Under the pieces are notes generated by a model. That model did not search any database. It had not been told where the DNA came from and was given only the letters and a program-made list of their open reading frames with translations. From contig JBKHIT010000101.1 of the NCBI GenBank assembly GCA_046538485.1, forward strand, positions 1 through 10,579: a stretch of DNA of 10,579 nt, given 5' to 3'. Below, one piece after another: positions 7,750 through 10,579 of this stretch. The number at the start of each line of letters is the position of its first letter. Positions within the stretch are counted from its first letter, which is position 1. Source of the DNA: Candidatus Brocadiia bacterium. Its GTDB lineage: Bacteria > Planctomycetota > Brocadiia > SM23-32. A program made the position numbers and the translations under genes.

Positions 7750-9324
7750 CTATTCAACGCGTTTGAGTAGGTTCCGGGCATACCGAGCCTTTTCGAGCTC
7801 TTTCTCAAGTGCGCCCATCTTTTCCTGGTAAGTTGCGATATATTGTTGCGTCAAAGGGCCAATTGCGTGCATTTTTTCTCTGCATTCGTTGACCTTCCTC
7901 TTAGCGGCGGCGTTATTCCTCTCAGCCATTGGCTTATACATTCGCAATGTTTTTTCGGCCTCAACGTATTCGTCCACAGGGACCTGTTCGGCTTGTCTTA
8001 TTTTGCGTTTTAGGTTACCCACTCGTTGCACAGCAGCATTAAGGAATCGACTCCCAATTCCGAGCTTGTAGTGCCTGACTGTCCGCTGGGCACCAAGCAC
8101 ATTTTCATATTTAACTGTCCCCTCGTAAGTGGCTAATCTTGGAACTGAGATCTTTTGGCCGTCTGCGAGCCCGTTTGTTTGCAACCCAGAAACGAGAATA
8201 GTTTTATCAGCAAATCCATGAGAGTCAAGATGAGAAAGCAACATCTTGTCAGCGTCAAGAATCTGCAACACCCGGAAAGTACCGGGTAATATTCCTACAT
8301 CACAGTTGGCGTCCGTCACTTCTGGCATATCACCCTGGCGCCGACACCCCGATACAAACAAGGTGGCCTTTCTCCATTCAAAGCTCCCAGCAGGGATTTG
8401 CATAGTTTTGTTCAATGTCTCGCTTAACTTCTTTCTATGCTCCTTGTTGCGCCGTTCCTTGTTTTCCCTTTTTACCTCTGCCACCAAGCTCAACGCCAAT
8501 TCCGTCCCCTGTTGATTCAAAACTGTGTACCCGAATTGCAATACTCTCGGTGTTAAGTTGCCTTTTTGAAAAGCATCCAACTCCTCCCGATCTAAACCTT
8601 GCAGGGCCTTGCGAATGAAAGATGGGTCACGCGCATGGCGGATTTTGCGCCGCAAATTGCGAGCGGGTTGGAGTTTTGTGGCGTTTTTCGTTTTCAGGGC
8701 TAGCTCAAGCTTTTCACCGGCGGCATCAATGTCACCCGCTTTTAAACTTTGGCGTGCTTCTCCAACCAATCCGGCAACCTTTGAATTAGCTTTTTCCTCC
8801 AGTTTTTCTTGCTTGGCTTTTTGTACTGCATCAACTTTTTCCCGGACTTGGCGAAGGAGCGAGCGTGCCGGTTCAAGATCCGTTGCGCCTTCGACCTTTA
8901 GCGCACTCCCTAATTTTTCTTGAGCCTCTTGGAGGTTCCCTTTTCGGTACCGCTTCCGGGCCTGCTCCACCAATGAGGAGACTTTTGCATTTGCCCTCTG
9001 TCGCTGTTCTCGGAGTGCAGCCCTGGTAGAAAAACCTATTGCAGCAGAGAACATGAGCAAGATGGCGACCATTCCGAAACCTGCAATCTTGATTCCCGTC
9101 CAGATTGGTTTGTCGGGATTAAAACGCAACATTTTGCGAGGAAAGCTGTTCACAAAGGGTACGGGAACCAGGAGACAAAGTATCAAGAGGAAGAGCCCAG
9201 ATATGAGTGGAAGTACCGGGAAATAACCGGCACATATCAATAAGGCCAAAATAGCGAAAGGAATCCAATATCTCGGGCTGTGCTTCTTTTTAGAGTTCTG
9301 TGTGCAGTCGATTTTATTCTCCAT
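7750..9324 (-). CDS. Hypothetical membrane-anchored protein: ~3 N-terminal TM segments, two TPR-like helical repeats, coiled coils and a beta-rich C-terminal domain
   Basis: Long uninterrupted ORF (524 aa from ATG 9324; 530 aa from GTG 9342). Hydrophobic stretches at about aa 26-64 and 81-104 (530-aa numbering); visible 51-aa duplication; K/E/R-rich helices. More AT-rich than the left-hand genes by eye. Confidence 0.85.
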   Translation of the reverse strand: MENKIDCTQNSKKKHSPRYWIPFAILALLICAGYFPVLPLISGLFLLILCLLVPVPFVNSFPRKMLRFNPDKPIWTGIKIAGFGMVAILLMFSAAIGFSTRAALREQRQRANAKVSSLVEQARKRYRKGNLQEAQEKLGSALKVEGATDLEPARSLLRQVREKVDAVQKAKQEKLEEKANSKVAGLVGEARQSLKAGDIDAAGEKLELALKTKNATKLQPARNLRRKIRHARDPSFIRKALQGLDREELDAFQKGNLTPRVLQFGYTVLNQQGTELALSLVAEVKRENKERRNKEHRKKLSETLNKTMQIPAGSFEWRKATLFVSGCRRQGDMPEVTDANCDVGILPGTFRVLQILDADKMLLSHLDSHGFADKTILVSGLQTNGLADGQKISVPRLATYEGTVKYENVLGAQRTVRHYKLGIGSRFLNAAVQRVGNLKRKIRQAEQVPVDEYVEAEKTLRMYKPMAERNNAAAKRKVNECREKMHAIGPLTQQYIATYQEKMGALEKELEKARYARNLLKRVE

Positions 9325-9513
9325 AGGCGGACCTTTTCTCACCTCTCGTTATTTGGCTTCCTGAATGAATCGCTGCAATGTGCCGTCAGGGGATAAATGG
9401 CTCCATCTACTATGATCCTAACCAAGAATCAATACCTGAGTCAAAAAAGCGAGGCAATTAGCGGGCCGAACACTACGGAAAGTGCTTCCCCGCAATTCCC
9501 TAAAAGCCGTGAA

Positions 9514-9772
9514 GGGGACGTACCATCGCATTTTCTTATTCAGGCAGTTGATACAAAGGCTAAGTGGCCTTCCAGAGGATGTTGTTGTCGTATCCCGTTC
9601 GCTGACAAGCACTTGCTATGGCACGCTACCAGCACTGCCGTTCCCCCCAGTAATCCTTTAAAATCCGCCCCCCAGCCGGTAAAATGCCCCTATGATTTCT
9701 ACCATGAGAGAGACCGGGGGCGGTAGAATGCGAGCAGGAGTTTATTGGGCTAAGGGGGACGTACCATCGCAT
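9514..9772 (+). repeat. Perfect 18-bp direct repeat GGGGACGTACCATCGCAT (9514-9531 and 9755-9772)
   Basis: Exact match read from the sequence; both copies are preceded by AA(G); starts are 241 bp apart. Confidence 0.9.
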
Positions 9773-9812
9773 GTCGCTGCAAAATAACAGGATACGACAA
9801 TAAACACCCTCT
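9574..9812. repeat. Imperfect ~26-bp inverted repeat pair (9574-9599 and 9786-9812)
   Basis: AGAGGATGTTG-TTGTCGTATCCCGTT versus the reverse complement of the right arm, AGAGGGTGTTTATTGTCGTATCCTGTT; exact 11-bp core TTGTCGTATCC. Confidence 0.8.
9640..9717 (+). repeat. Dispersed repeat copy 2 (core only) containing a sigma70-like promoter
   Basis: TTTAAA 9657-9662, 17-nt spacer, TAAAAT 9680-9685, ATG 9692; 62/70 to copy 1 and 56/70 to copy 3. Confidence 0.9.
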
Positions 9813-9866
9813 CAGAGGGGCTTACACGCGATTTTCGGGGGGTGTTTTCGGCCTGTAACCAATTCT

Positions 9867-10031
9867 CCACCACCCGTTGCCGCCGGAAAATCATCTTCCA
9901 CTCGCTATCAGGTCGCGTGATCCCAGAAGTTCATTGCCATGTCATATTGTCCGTTCTCCCGCAGTAATTCTTTAAAACCCGCCCCCCAGCCGGTAAACTA
10001 TTTCCATGCTTTCTGCCACCAGACAGGCCGG
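9867..10031 (+). repeat. Dispersed repeat copy 3 (block A 9867-9896 plus core 9953-10031) containing a sigma70-like promoter
   Basis: TTTAAA 9971-9976, 17-nt spacer, TAAACT 9994-9999, ATG 10006 in frame with the downstream long ORF. Confidence 0.9.
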
Positions 10032-10579
10032 GGTTGGAGTGGATTTTGGCATGGAGGCTGTTCGGACCGACACCACCTCGACAGACGGCAGTTGCGGAAC
10101 CTGCGGCTCCTCCCCGGATGCCGACTACGAGCCACCCTCCCTCGGCAGCACCCGGGCGATATCGGCTTCAGAAGCTGGAAACATCCACAAAACCATCGAG
10201 CGCACATTCACAGTCATCCAGGACCGCATCGAAGCGACCGTCGAGGGCGAAAATGAATGGCAGGCTCTGGGCGATATGACCTTCTACCCGGGCGTTGAGT
10301 ATGAGTTCCGGCTGGTGGTCGAGGCCGGAGCGGAGGGCGAGCTTCAGCCCGATTCCCGCCAGTGGTATGTGGACAGGTGGGTGCGGGAGCGAGAGAGCGA
10401 CCCCGGCGATGCGCCGACGTTCTCAGAGCCTCAGAAGAAACTCTGCCTCGCGCTCGGCGAGACGGGCGATACTTTCACTAATGCCTTCGAGAAAGCCGGT
10501 GATTACAACCTCCGCTGTCGTTATACCCACGAGGAGCAGAGTTTTGATATGGATGTGGAGGTGGAGGTGAGCGGAATTG
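10006..10579 (+). CDS. Partial (3'-truncated by window) acidic protein with an Ig/PKD-like beta-sandwich motif
   Basis: Absent from the ORF track because there is no stop before the window end. Open for 191 codons from ATG 10006 (176 from the alternative ATG 10051): ..MEAVRTDTTSTDGSCGTCGSS..FYPGVEYEFRLVVEAG..QWYVD..GDTFTNAFEKAGDYNLRCRYTHEEQSFDMDVEVEVSGI. Codon third positions are GC-biased. Confidence 0.75.
   Translation, partial: MLSATRQAGVGVDFGMEAVRTDTTSTDGSCGTCGSSPDADYEPPSLGSTRAISASEAGNIHKTIERTFTVIQDRIEATVEGENEWQALGDMTFYPGVEYEFRLVVEAGAEGELQPDSRQWYVDRWVRERESDPGDAPTFSEPQKKLCLALGETGDTFTNAFEKAGDYNLRCRYTHEEQSFDMDVEVEVSGI

Noticed and set aside
9514..9772. CRISPR interpretation of the 18-bp direct repeats or the three-copy repeat
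   Set aside because: Too few copies, spacing far too long and irregular, and no cas genes.
9855..9880. tRNA-like fragment (CCACCA; reverse strand resembles a tRNA-Leu 5' end) as an att site
   Set aside because: No T-loop GTTCRA in the right position and no cloverleaf; the resemblance is short. tRNAscan-SE/ARAGORN would settle it.
10034..10570. Track ORFs 10034..10279 and 10295..10570
   Set aside because: Alternate frames of the uninterrupted ORF beginning at 10006/10051, which has far more protein-like composition.

Overview
The window has two parts. Left (1-4985) is a GC-rich, + strand catabolic region: an oligogalacturonate-lyase (PL22/Ogl)-like beta-propeller gene closely followed by a Cys-type sulfatase, a possible 38-aa membrane peptide, a Zn-binding pRiA4b-ORF3-like protein and a Gfo/Idh/MocA oxidoreductase. 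Right (about 5280-10579) is an accessory region. It holds a complete 1987-bp IS1634-family element (5551-7537; 18-bp imperfect IRs, 4-bp CTAA duplication), a more AT-rich membrane-protein gene with an internal 51-aa duplication, and an ORF missing from the supplied track that runs off the right edge (Ig/PKD-like motif). The main unexplained signal is a ~79-bp element present in three direct copies (5354, 9640, 9953). Each copy keeps TTTAAA-17 bp-TAAA(A/C)T followed 6 nt later by ATG, which resembles a portable sigma70 promoter with a leaderless start. The third copy is in frame with the long right-hand ORF, and the middle copy sits among 18-bp direct and ~26-bp inverted repeats. All calls come from reading motifs by eye; no searches were run.
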